A stretch of 32,000 bases of DNA from Hyperthermus butylicus DSM 5456 (GTDB lineage: Archaea > Thermoproteota > Thermoprotei_A > Sulfolobales > Pyrodictiaceae): positions 540,001 to 572,000 of the forward strand of contig NC_008818.1 in the NCBI RefSeq assembly GCF_000015145.1, in the 5' to 3' direction. A program made the translations under genes and the position numbers. Positions 17,942 to 25,827 of this stretch are shown piece after piece. Numbering within the stretch: position 1 is the stretch's first letter; every line of letters starts with the position of its first letter. The notes beneath the pieces were generated by a model. It saw nothing but the letters and a program-made list of their open reading frames with translations. It was not told the DNA's origin and did not search any database.

Positions 17942-18263
17942 ACACTTCTTCCACCATAAAGTGTAACTGTACACAATGCATACTGCCGTCAGTTGTGACC
18001 ACGGCAACTTCCTCGAAAGGCACCCTAGCCAGTATCCCAGCGAGTTTGAAGCCAGCCATGTTGACATGGGTCTCCTCGAGGCAAACCGTGAGCTTTGCAT
18101 ACTCGTCATCGGGAAACCTTTCAAGAACCCAGGGTTTTTCTACCTCCAAGCAGCGGCCAACAAGTAAGAGCTTACGTTTTCCACGCAGCAATCTTGATGC
18201 AACATTATTGTCCATTAGCCGTGGAAGATTGCAACATCTATCACACGCCGCTCCCGGAGACAT
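17802..18263 (-). CDS. Hypothetical Cys-containing protein
   Basis: 153 aa. It has an N-terminal CDRCC, further Cys/His residues (GRCLE, VCLEETH, MHCVQLH) and a balanced alpha/beta-like sequence. I do not recognise the family. Confidence 0.5.
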   Translation of the reverse strand: MSPGAACDRCCNLPRLMDNNVASRLLRGKRKLLLVGRCLEVEKPWVLERFPDDEYAKLTVCLEETHVNMAGFKLAGILARVPFEEVAVVTTDGSMHCVQLHFMVEEVFKVMKLGIRRRHFVVVGSELVEVPAEAVRTARYLSKIAKLIEKRKV

Positions 18264-18623
18264 GGATCACACCCCCTCAGCCTAGGGTGACATGCATAGT
18301 AGAGACCTAAAGCCGTGGAGTTACTACGTGCTTCGCTTATCTGCGTGGATGATTTACATCTAGGCAACAGTTCTTGTTCCAAAAGCCTAGTCTAGGCATC
18401 CAGGTCTCTAGACATGGTTTCCCAGTGCATGGCTCTGAGTGTTTATACATGGTGGAATTACATCCCTACACGGAACTGTTATAAACCGGTTAATTGTACA
18501 CAATCGTATATGTCCTAGGGCGAATATTATATGCTAGTCGTAACATACTGGCAAGACGTCCCAAGGCAAGGGGTTGCACCCCATTTGGAATAGAATATGT
18601 TTGATCGCTAGCACGTGTAGTGG

Positions 18624-19634
18624 GTGGCCACTATGCCGCAAGGGTCTACCTTGTGTCTGGAGGCTACTAGAGCAACACTCCTACGTCCAATCTACCCTAG
18701 GTACACAAACCGATACGGTACGCTTCACGGTGGCAGACTGGCATGGTGGATTCTCGAGTCGGGCAGTATGGCTGCCATGAAGGCGTCGAGAGGCTATGTC
18801 GTTCTTGGCGCAATAGACTACCTCTTCATTCTCAGCCCGGGCCGACTCGGAGAAAATCTAAACGTATACTCGTGGGTCATAGGCTCCACTAGACATACAC
18901 TAGACGTGCTTACCTATGCAACAGCCGAGCCGGTAGGCGGCGGCGAGGAACGCCCGGTAAGCCTCAGCATACAAACATACGTTGCCGTCGACGAGAACGT
19001 AAGGCCCCGCGAGCATGGAGTCGAGGTTAGGCCTTGTAGTCTTGAGGCTGAAGCACTGACTGAGATACATAGAGCTTGGCTCGAGGAGAGGCGAGCCCTG
19101 GTAGAAGAGAGGCATAAGATAGCATCAGATACTTCAAGGTTGACAGTTCCCTACCACATAGAGTCGTATCAGATCGTAGGCCCAGACTCGACCTTCTCTC
19201 TACACAACGTGCTTGACGCCTCCAAGCTCTTCTACACTATCGACCAAATAGCGGCAATAGCAGCGATAAAGGCGGCCAGGGCCCCTGTGGTTACAGCCAG
19301 CTTTGACGCGGCGGTATTCGCGTCTCCAGCCCGTGTAGGTAACATACTGCGCCTTGAGGCGGGCGTAACCGGTGTAGGAAGAACAAGCATCGAGGTGCTA
19401 GTGAAAGTAGTCGCAGATGATCCTGTTGCTGAAAGAAGCGCTACCGTAGCTAAGCTGTACACTGTACTCGTTTCAGTAGGGCCAGACGGTAGGCCGAGCC
19501 CTCCACCCGTCAAGCCCGTGGTCCCGGAGGAGCTACAGAAAGGCTTCATGGAGAGGAAGAGGGTGAGAGAAGAGAAGAGGAGAAAGGTTAGAGAAATAAT
19601 AGAAGCGTTGAAGTCAATGCTCTACCTTGTCTAG
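18624..19634 (+). CDS. Acyl-CoA thioesterase with two hot-dog (4HBT) domains
   Basis: 336 aa with two repeats of the hot-dog pattern (NRYGTLHGGRLAWWILESGSMAA...; LHNVLDASKLFYTIDQIAAIAAIKA...VTASFDAAVFASPARVGNILRLEAGVTGVGRTSIEV). The real start may be ATG 18633. Confidence 0.85.
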   Translation: MATMPQGSTLCLEATRATLLRPIYPRYTNRYGTLHGGRLAWWILESGSMAAMKASRGYVVLGAIDYLFILSPGRLGENLNVYSWVIGSTRHTLDVLTYATAEPVGGGEERPVSLSIQTYVAVDENVRPREHGVEVRPCSLEAEALTEIHRAWLEERRALVEERHKIASDTSRLTVPYHIESYQIVGPDSTFSLHNVLDASKLFYTIDQIAAIAAIKAARAPVVTASFDAAVFASPARVGNILRLEAGVTGVGRTSIEVLVKVVADDPVAERSATVAKLYTVLVSVGPDGRPSPPPVKPVVPEELQKGFMERKRVREEKRRKVREIIEALKSMLYLV

Positions 19635-19646
19635 TAGCTGTAAACA

Positions 19647-19678
19647 CGTCGCCAAAAGACATGGCGGCTACATCTTTT
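19647..19678 (+). terminator. Hairpin plus T5 tract between convergent genes
   Basis: GTCGCC (19647-19652) pairs with GGCGGC (19662-19667), with one G-U pair. TTTTT follows at 19674-19678, about 40 nt after the thioesterase stop. Confidence 0.35.
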
Positions 19679-19748
19679 TACCAACGTGGTGGGCGTCCAG
19701 GGTTAAGGCGGTAACTTGAAAGAACAGTTACGGGCAAGGTCTCCGGAA

Positions 19749-20783
19749 CTAGCGGCTCCAACGGTTCATAGCTTCTAGAGCCATGCGCCTAGCTGCCTCG
19801 GGTAGGCTTCTCAGTCTTTCCTCACTAAGCTTCAGAATCCCGAGCTCTAAGCGTAGCTGGCAGGCACGGCATATCGGGTGGGCCGAGGGCTCGCCACAAA
19901 TGGCGCATGTGTAGGGTCCCTCCTCCTCATCCCCTGTCTTAACCCTTCCAGCCTCCTCAAGGATCCTTATGGCGGTCTGGAGGCTGCGAAGCAGCGAGTA
20001 CTTTACACCAGGTGATCTCTCCTCAAGCTCGTTTAACATTCTCCGGATATACCAGCGTACACTTAGCCTCGCATATGGACACTCCTCGAAGCCCGTGTAA
20101 AGCCCGTTGATTACAGCGTAGATAGTTGTTTCCTTCTCAAGTACTTCGTAGAATGGCTTAACCTTCCGGACAAACCTGGGATGCGTACCCGGCCCCGAGA
20201 TTGGGCCGAGCCTCGCAATTTTGTCCCAGTCGTTGTTAAACACGTTCATCAGGTAGGTTTGCACTAAGTCGTCGAGATTGTGTGCTGTAGCTACAACGGT
20301 AGCACCCATCTCTCTTGCAGTCTTGTTCATAAGATAGCGGCGGAACACGCCACAGTACGTGCATGGAAGATATGGAAGCCCCCGCTCCTTGCCAATCTTA
20401 ACTATCTCATCCAGGGTGTAGCCAAACTCGTCCCGGAACCGTGCAATCCTATACTCAACGCCGTGCTCCTCCACGAACCGTAGGAACCGCTCAATTGTGT
20501 ACTCGCGGTATCCGCGGATACCCTCGTCAACTAGGAGTGCTGCAACCCTCCAGCCAGGCACACGCTTTGAGAGGCGGAGCAGATAGTGGAGCAACGACAT
20601 AGAATCCTTGCCGCCCGACACTGCAACAACAATCTTCTCCTCGGGGCCAAACAGCTTGTAGCGCCGGAGGGTCCTCCGGACCTTCCTGTCAAAGTACTCT
20701 AGGAAGTGCTTCTCGCAGAAAGCCATCCCGGAAGCACGGGACACATAGATCGCGGGCCTCCCGCAGATAGCGCACCTAGCCAC
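19749..20783 (-). CDS. ttuA: TtuA/Ncs6-family tRNA 2-thiolation PP-loop ATPase
   Basis: 344 aa. It has an N-terminal zinc finger (CAICGRPAIY...CEKHF), the PP-loop VAVSGGKDS, Fe-S-type cysteines (PCTYCGVFRR, ECPYA) and a C-terminal zinc finger (CAICGEPSAHPICRAC). The GTG start overlaps the upstream stop. Confidence 0.85.
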   Translation of the reverse strand: MARCAICGRPAIYVSRASGMAFCEKHFLEYFDRKVRRTLRRYKLFGPEEKIVVAVSGGKDSMSLLHYLLRLSKRVPGWRVAALLVDEGIRGYREYTIERFLRFVEEHGVEYRIARFRDEFGYTLDEIVKIGKERGLPYLPCTYCGVFRRYLMNKTAREMGATVVATAHNLDDLVQTYLMNVFNNDWDKIARLGPISGPGTHPRFVRKVKPFYEVLEKETTIYAVINGLYTGFEECPYARLSVRWYIRRMLNELEERSPGVKYSLLRSLQTAIRILEEAGRVKTGDEEEGPYTCAICGEPSAHPICRACQLRLELGILKLSEERLRSLPEAARRMALEAMNRWSR

Positions 20784-21018
20784 CCGACACCACCGGGTAC
20801 AGTATCAGCTCGTCTCCATCAGCTACAGGCTCATCCTCAGCTACAACTCTTCCCCCTTTAACAACCACGTACTCTGTAGAGAGAAGCCCTGCTTCGCGAA
20901 GCACGTCAGCAACCCTGGCACCTTCGGCGACTTCAACCTCTCTAACACCGTTGCCGAGTATGTTAAGCCTAACACGCGGCAATACAGCTCCCCTCCGCCG
21001 CAGTGTACGGTGTAGCAT
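20776..21018 (-). CDS. ThiS/MoaD-fold ubiquitin-like sulfur carrier (TtuB/SAMP-like), C-terminal Gly-Gly
   Basis: 80 aa ending ...GDELILYPVVSGG, then stop. It has a beta-grasp-like pattern (VRLNILGNGVREVEVAEGARVADVL). It overlaps the ttuA start by 8 nt (GTGGCTAG). Confidence 0.7.
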   Translation of the reverse strand: MLHRTLRRRGAVLPRVRLNILGNGVREVEVAEGARVADVLREAGLLSTEYVVVKGGRVVAEDEPVADGDELILYPVVSGG

Positions 21019-21786
21019 CTAATCTGCTTCCTGGCAGGTCTCCTTGTGGCGAGGGATGGGGATAGGGATGCAGGGGGTAAAACAGCGGTATGCGTGTACA
21101 TAGCCTTAGGTTATCCACAGCTCGGTATGCCGATAGGACATGGCTAAAGTATTTGCTGTGATATAGAGGCCTATCGGTGCAGGTGCGAGTTCTCCACAAG
21201 CCCTCGGTGGGCTCTACGAGTTTCCCTAGAACCAGGCTACCACAGGCCCAACTCTCCCACGGAATACGAGCACAAGCCTATCAGGCATAGTAGCATTAGT
21301 ATTCTTACTTATCTCCAATCACATCTGTTACAGTGGCACCCCTGGCTTCAACTGAGACAAGACTAGGCTCTTGACCAACACGTAGAGCGTACCAGGGCTA
21401 TACAGTGTGTACAGAATCTAGGTCTCCTTCATCATAGGTTATGGGGTAAGCAGTGATATATAGTTGTGACATAACTATGACGTAGAAGAATATTTAGCCA
21501 TAATAGGCGCTAAATACGCCCAAGTATGTGGAGTAGACTAAGGAGATGTTTTATCTCCCATGATAACCTATCAGTGTTAAACCTGGACGAACAGCCAGAT
21601 ACAAACTATAACCGTCAAGCTAGGCTCTAGGTGTAAACTACCTGGCTGTGATGACCGCCTGAGCCTTCCGACATCCATAGCAAGGTGGGTGGGGAGCCCT
21701 TGCACTCACTGAGCCATCACCAGTCCACTAGCAGCATCCTGAAAATGGCGCATATCATGTTCTTCTTCTAGTCAAGTGCTTCCAAG

Positions 21787-22170
21787 CTACTCTAGCTCCT
21801 GGCCACATCTTGGCATTTTGCCTACGTGGCGTGGTGCTACTGCGAGATAAGCATTCCCGCGGTGGATGTGGATTATGCGGGCCTGGTATACTATCCTTAG
21901 CCCGTACGCATTGTAGGTGAAGTATATGGTGTGTCCGCATTGTGCAACTTCAGAGCCGAGTCTCCTAAGATAGGCGGTTAGATCCCAGTAGAGGAGATGG
22001 CGTGGCACCCTGAGAACCAGGAGTTCATACTCGACGCGTAGGACCACATCGCCTCCAGCCATGTAGGCGTATGCTTCCATATCGTCAAATCCTAGTCTGA
22101 GGGCTTCGAGCAGCTCGGAGGGGTTTACAGCTCCATACCCCCCTCTACCCGTAATCCTCTCCTCGGCCAA
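21787..22170 (-). CDS. Hypothetical protein
   Basis: 127 aa, TTG start, downstream of gatA on the same strand with a TATA-like GATATAGG about 50 nt upstream. No recognisable motif. Confidence 0.4.
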   Translation of the reverse strand: MAEERITGRGGYGAVNPSELLEALRLGFDDMEAYAYMAGGDVVLRVEYELLVLRVPRHLLYWDLTAYLRRLGSEVAQCGHTIYFTYNAYGLRIVYQARIIHIHRGNAYLAVAPRHVGKMPRCGQELE

Positions 22171-22282
22171 GGCTTGGGCACCGTGCCGGGGCCTGTTTGG
22201 GCTCTCGGGCCCATATTCCCACGCTGTGCCCCCTATATCAGAGTTTTTCGGTGTAAAATGCCTAGGCGGGCTCTTGGCCCTG

Positions 22283-23776
22283 CTAGGTGGCAGGCTCGGC
22301 TACAAGGTTATGGAGCCCGGATAGCCTCTCGAGGGCTGCGAGGCCCTGGATGAGTGTTTGTTCGGCGAGGGGCCGAGCCATGAGCTGTACCCCTAGCGGC
22401 ACCCCATCCACGTAGCCAACAGGTGCTGTGCCAGCCGGTATGCCAGCTAGGTTTGCGGTAACTGTTGCAAGGTCTAACGCATACATCTTTGCAGGATCCT
22501 CCACTACCTCGCCGAGCCTAGGGGGCGGTGTAACGACGGCTGGTGCTAGGAGTAGGTCATGTGCCTGGAGGAGCTGTAGTAGTCTCCTGCGCACCAGTGC
22601 CCGTAGTTTGAGTGCGCGGACATAGTATTGGTCCTTGTAGCCGCTGCTAAGCATCCATGCGCCAAGCATTATGCGGAGCTTGACCTCCCTGCCAAAGTAC
22701 TTGCCGCGTATCCTCGAGTAGTATTGGTTCCAGCTCTCCCACGGCTCTGGAGGCTCCTTAGGTCCGTAACGTACCCCGTCGTATCTTGCAAGGTTGCTGC
22801 TTGCTTCAGCCATTGCTACCACGTAGTATGCGGGGAGGCTGTACTCTAGCACCTCTCTTCCAAGTCTCACGGGCTCAACAACAGCTTCGGCCTCGCCCAG
22901 CAGCTCGGCAGCCCTCTCAACAAGTTTCTTCACAGACTCGTCAACACCTTCATGCTCTAGGAACTCCTCCACGACTCCAACCCTTAGCCCCCGTAGCCCC
23001 TCACCGTAGCCCTTCTCAACCGCCCCCAGTAGCTCAACCTTCTCGACTGGCAGGCTCGTAGAGTCCCTCGGGTCAAACCCTGCTATCGTCTCCAGTAGCA
23101 AAGCCAAATCCCTAACGTTACGGGCCATGGGGCCTATCTGCTCTAGGCTATCAGCGTAGGCCACGAGTCCGTAGCGGGATACGAGCCCGTAGGTCGGCTT
23201 AACACCGTAGAGCCCTGTCCATGCGCATGGCATCCTTATGCTGCCGCCCGTGTCGCTGCCAAGACCCAGCGTCGCCATGCCAGCAGCGAGCGCAGCGGCC
23301 GTCCCGCTGCTGCTCCCACCAGGCACACGATCCAGGCTCCACGGGTTCCTTGTTGCCCCATAGGCGCTGTTCTCGCCAGTAGACCCCATCGCAAACTCAT
23401 CCATGTTAGTCTTGCCGATGATTACTGCGCCAGCAGCACGCAGCCTGGAGACGACAGTAGCGTCGTAGGGTGCCACATACTTCTCCAGCATTCTTGAACC
23501 GCATGTCACGGGTAAGCCCTCAACATGGATGTTATCCTTGACAGCAACCAGCACACCAGCTAGGGGAAGCTTCTCCCCCCGCCGAGCCTTCTCCACAGCC
23601 TTCCTAGCTTCAGCCTCTACCAGCTCCCGAGGCCTAAGAGTAATGTACGCGTTAATCTTATCCTCGAGCTTTTCAATCCTCTCGTAGATAGAGCCAACAT
23701 AATCCTCGACAGACACATCGCCGGAGACTAGTAGGCTGGTAATCCTCCATGCAGGCTCGGCGTAGAGCCGCTCCAA
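22283..23776 (-). CDS. gatA: Glutamyl/aspartyl-tRNA amidotransferase subunit A (amidase signature family)
   Basis: 497 aa. Amidase signature GGSSSGTAAALAAGMATLGLGSDTGGSIRMP, plus KDNIHVEGLPVTCGS. TTG start with a TATTTTAT TATA box about 55 nt upstream. Confidence 0.93.
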   Translation of the reverse strand: MERLYAEPAWRITSLLVSGDVSVEDYVGSIYERIEKLEDKINAYITLRPRELVEAEARKAVEKARRGEKLPLAGVLVAVKDNIHVEGLPVTCGSRMLEKYVAPYDATVVSRLRAAGAVIIGKTNMDEFAMGSTGENSAYGATRNPWSLDRVPGGSSSGTAAALAAGMATLGLGSDTGGSIRMPCAWTGLYGVKPTYGLVSRYGLVAYADSLEQIGPMARNVRDLALLLETIAGFDPRDSTSLPVEKVELLGAVEKGYGEGLRGLRVGVVEEFLEHEGVDESVKKLVERAAELLGEAEAVVEPVRLGREVLEYSLPAYYVVAMAEASSNLARYDGVRYGPKEPPEPWESWNQYYSRIRGKYFGREVKLRIMLGAWMLSSGYKDQYYVRALKLRALVRRRLLQLLQAHDLLLAPAVVTPPPRLGEVVEDPAKMYALDLATVTANLAGIPAGTAPVGYVDGVPLGVQLMARPLAEQTLIQGLAALERLSGLHNLVAEPAT

Positions 23777-24551
23777 ACCCTACACACCGCCAGCCACTAC
23801 AGCCAGGAGCCCCAGGGTAGGGTTTGCCCGCATAAAATACTGTCCAAAACAATCACAGGAGGAGAGGTGGCATGTACACGTGAAGATAAAAGAGGCCTAG
23901 TTCTAGGGTGTAATCGAACACTTAGAATATGCTCCCAAGCTCTCCAAGACCTTCAAGTAGTTCTGTCCAGGTCCTCTTTACCTACCACATGCTAGCCTCG
24001 TCCTCTAACGTACTGATGTCGCCCAGGGGTGCGCTTGCAATAACAGCTTCTACCAATCTTCTCATTATCTTGTCGCTCTTGATCCTCGGTAGCTTCTTCA
24101 CTAATAATGCTCTCTACGGTACAGCTATAGGGCTGGGCACCTAGTGGGCCGTTCTTCCTGAATCTATTCCTCGGTTCAGTGCTTAGCTAGTACCCCTCGC
24201 GTAGGACCACTACGGCTAATGGTACATCGTCATTAATCGGGTCATGAACTTTTCACCACGACGGTCTTGGCGACAGCGGGTGGGAGGTCATGGCGTGCTC
24301 TATCCCGGCGGCACCGATACAGTGTTCTGCAATGTTCAACGCTCCGTCGCCGTGGCTTAGGATCTAGAAGTAGTCGTCATCATCTTTTATAGCGTAGTCG
24401 GCAAGTTAATAGATTCATTTGCCTCTCTCGAGCTCGCTAAACCCCGCCCAGTAGGTTTGGCCTGGAAGTTGATCCATAGGACTACTCAAGGATGTCTAGC
24501 GGCTCTGTGTAGCCATTTACCCATCAATGCTGTGTTCCCGGCTCTTATCGC

Positions 24552-24752
24552 ATGTTTTGCCCGGTTCTCCGCTTGGTGCTGGCTGTTGTTTATTTTATTG
24601 TCCTTAGTTGTTTGTGGCTAATAGACTGGTGTGTAGGGTTGCCTGTGCGTTGGGCTAGGATTCTAGCTGTGGTGGCTGGTCTCGCCCTGTTGGCTTTGGC
24701 AATTGGCCTCCACGTTTATGCTTGGTTTTCAGCGTGCGGTGGTGAGTGTTAG
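24552..24752 (+). CDS. Possible small two-helix membrane protein
   Basis: 66 aa, very hydrophobic (LRLVLAVVYFIVLSCLWLIDW...ILAVVAGLALLALAIGLHVYAWF). It is embedded in strongly G+T-skewed DNA within an otherwise decayed region. No homology is recognisable. Confidence 0.3.
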   Translation: MFCPVLRLVLAVVYFIVLSCLWLIDWCVGLPVRWARILAVVAGLALLALAIGLHVYAWFSACGGEC

Positions 24753-24899
24753 TGGCAGACCATTACATGGGTTTGAGCGCCGCACCATGGTGTCTATTGT
24801 TGTTCCAGGCAGGCCTTTACCCATGTTGGAGCCGAGGGCTGTAATGCTGGCGACTATCCTCGTCTGCCTCTTGAAGCATAGTCTCTGTGGGGTAGCCTA

Positions 24900-25520
24900 G
24901 CACTATGAGAGGGACATGCCTTTGGGTCTTCCTCTTCGAACTGTTTCACTATCTCGAAGAGCTTGCCGGTAACTATGCGGCTATCTCGCCTTCCTCAAGC
25001 ATGTGTAGCAATACGACCTCGGTACTTGAGTGCTCTGCTATCGTGAACGCGTAGCTGGTAACCATTTCTAGGCGGGGTAGAAGGTTGTGCAACAAGTATT
25101 TGGGCCTTTTAGTGGATCGTAGAGTGCCACAATATGCCTTCGCTGGCCCAATAACCATTACCGGGTGATCAGCAATATGTATCGCCTCCTCAGCCATACC
25201 ACCTGGCAATAGGTAGCTAACCAGATCCCGTCACGAGAATCTGAAAACCTAAGTTCCTATTATGGTGTAGTCTGCTGTAATCTCCTAGCAGCCTCGATAA
25301 TAGCTTTGGCGAGATCTTAAGTGGACAGGATCCAGTACATAAACCCGGAGCCAGCCTTGCCGGTTCGGGTGTCCTTCTCCAACTGTCTATAGGTGTTCTC
25401 GCGTAGCTTCCCCTAAGCTCTCTAGCCACAGCCTCATAGCGTCTGTTGAGGGACATCACCTATCTCGCTCAGCGCTATCGCGTGGGGCAGGCTGAGCCCC
25501 TCAGCGCCGAGTCGCTCGAG
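24900..25520 (-). pseudogene. Probable decayed gene(s): protein-like fragments broken by stops and frameshifts
   Basis: My minus-strand translation gives several fragments. One is HTH-like, LERLGAEGLSLPHAIALSEIGDVPQQTL (25520-25434). The 80-aa and 78-aa track ORFs follow, then VTGKLFEIVKQFEEEDPK. Each is in a different frame and is cut off by a stop. The original family is not identifiable. Confidence 0.3.
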
Positions 25521-25827
25521 TTAGGGCAACTACTTGGCCATGATGTTACTCGTGTTTGGTAAGTCATGCGCTGCAAGCGCATAGGTAAGCTCCAGGCCTT
25601 TCAACTTAACAACCATACTGGACCACTGTAGGCAAACCAGTAGTTATAATCAACCATCGCCGGATAAATACTGTGCAACCCTCGGGGCTCCGGGAGTCCG
25701 CTTATGCGAACACCGATACGGTGCTATTGCAAACGGTGTCTCCATGCAATGTTCCGGTATGTGGTCCCCGTACGTGGGGCTTTGTCCCTGTGAGGCTTGC
25801 CCAGAGGTCTTGCCCCCTCTGGGTTTT

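Noticed and set aside
21644-21715. C/D-box-like unit GGCU-GUGAUGA...CUGA-GCC with a 3-bp terminal stem
   Set aside because: The C and D boxes are 54 nt apart, which is too long. I found no acceptable C' or D' boxes at guide-length spacing. A CUGA lies only 4 nt after the C box. I kept it only as a note inside the spacer finding.
23777-23880. A gatC gene immediately upstream of gatA
   Set aside because: Only a 17-codon ORF (MRANPTLGLLAVVAGGV) precedes gatA. The protein-like fragments further upstream do not resemble GatC convincingly. gatA appears to have its own TATTTTAT promoter.
21189-25747. Origin recognition boxes (ORB) near orc1/cdc6
   Set aside because: I found only TCTCCA-type half motifs at 21189, 25374 and 25736. 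I found no full dyad of the TCCA-NN-GGAAAC type with a G-string, as I remember it from Aeropyrum and Sulfolobus. I also found no repeated copies flanking an AT-rich DUE, so no origin is called as a feature.
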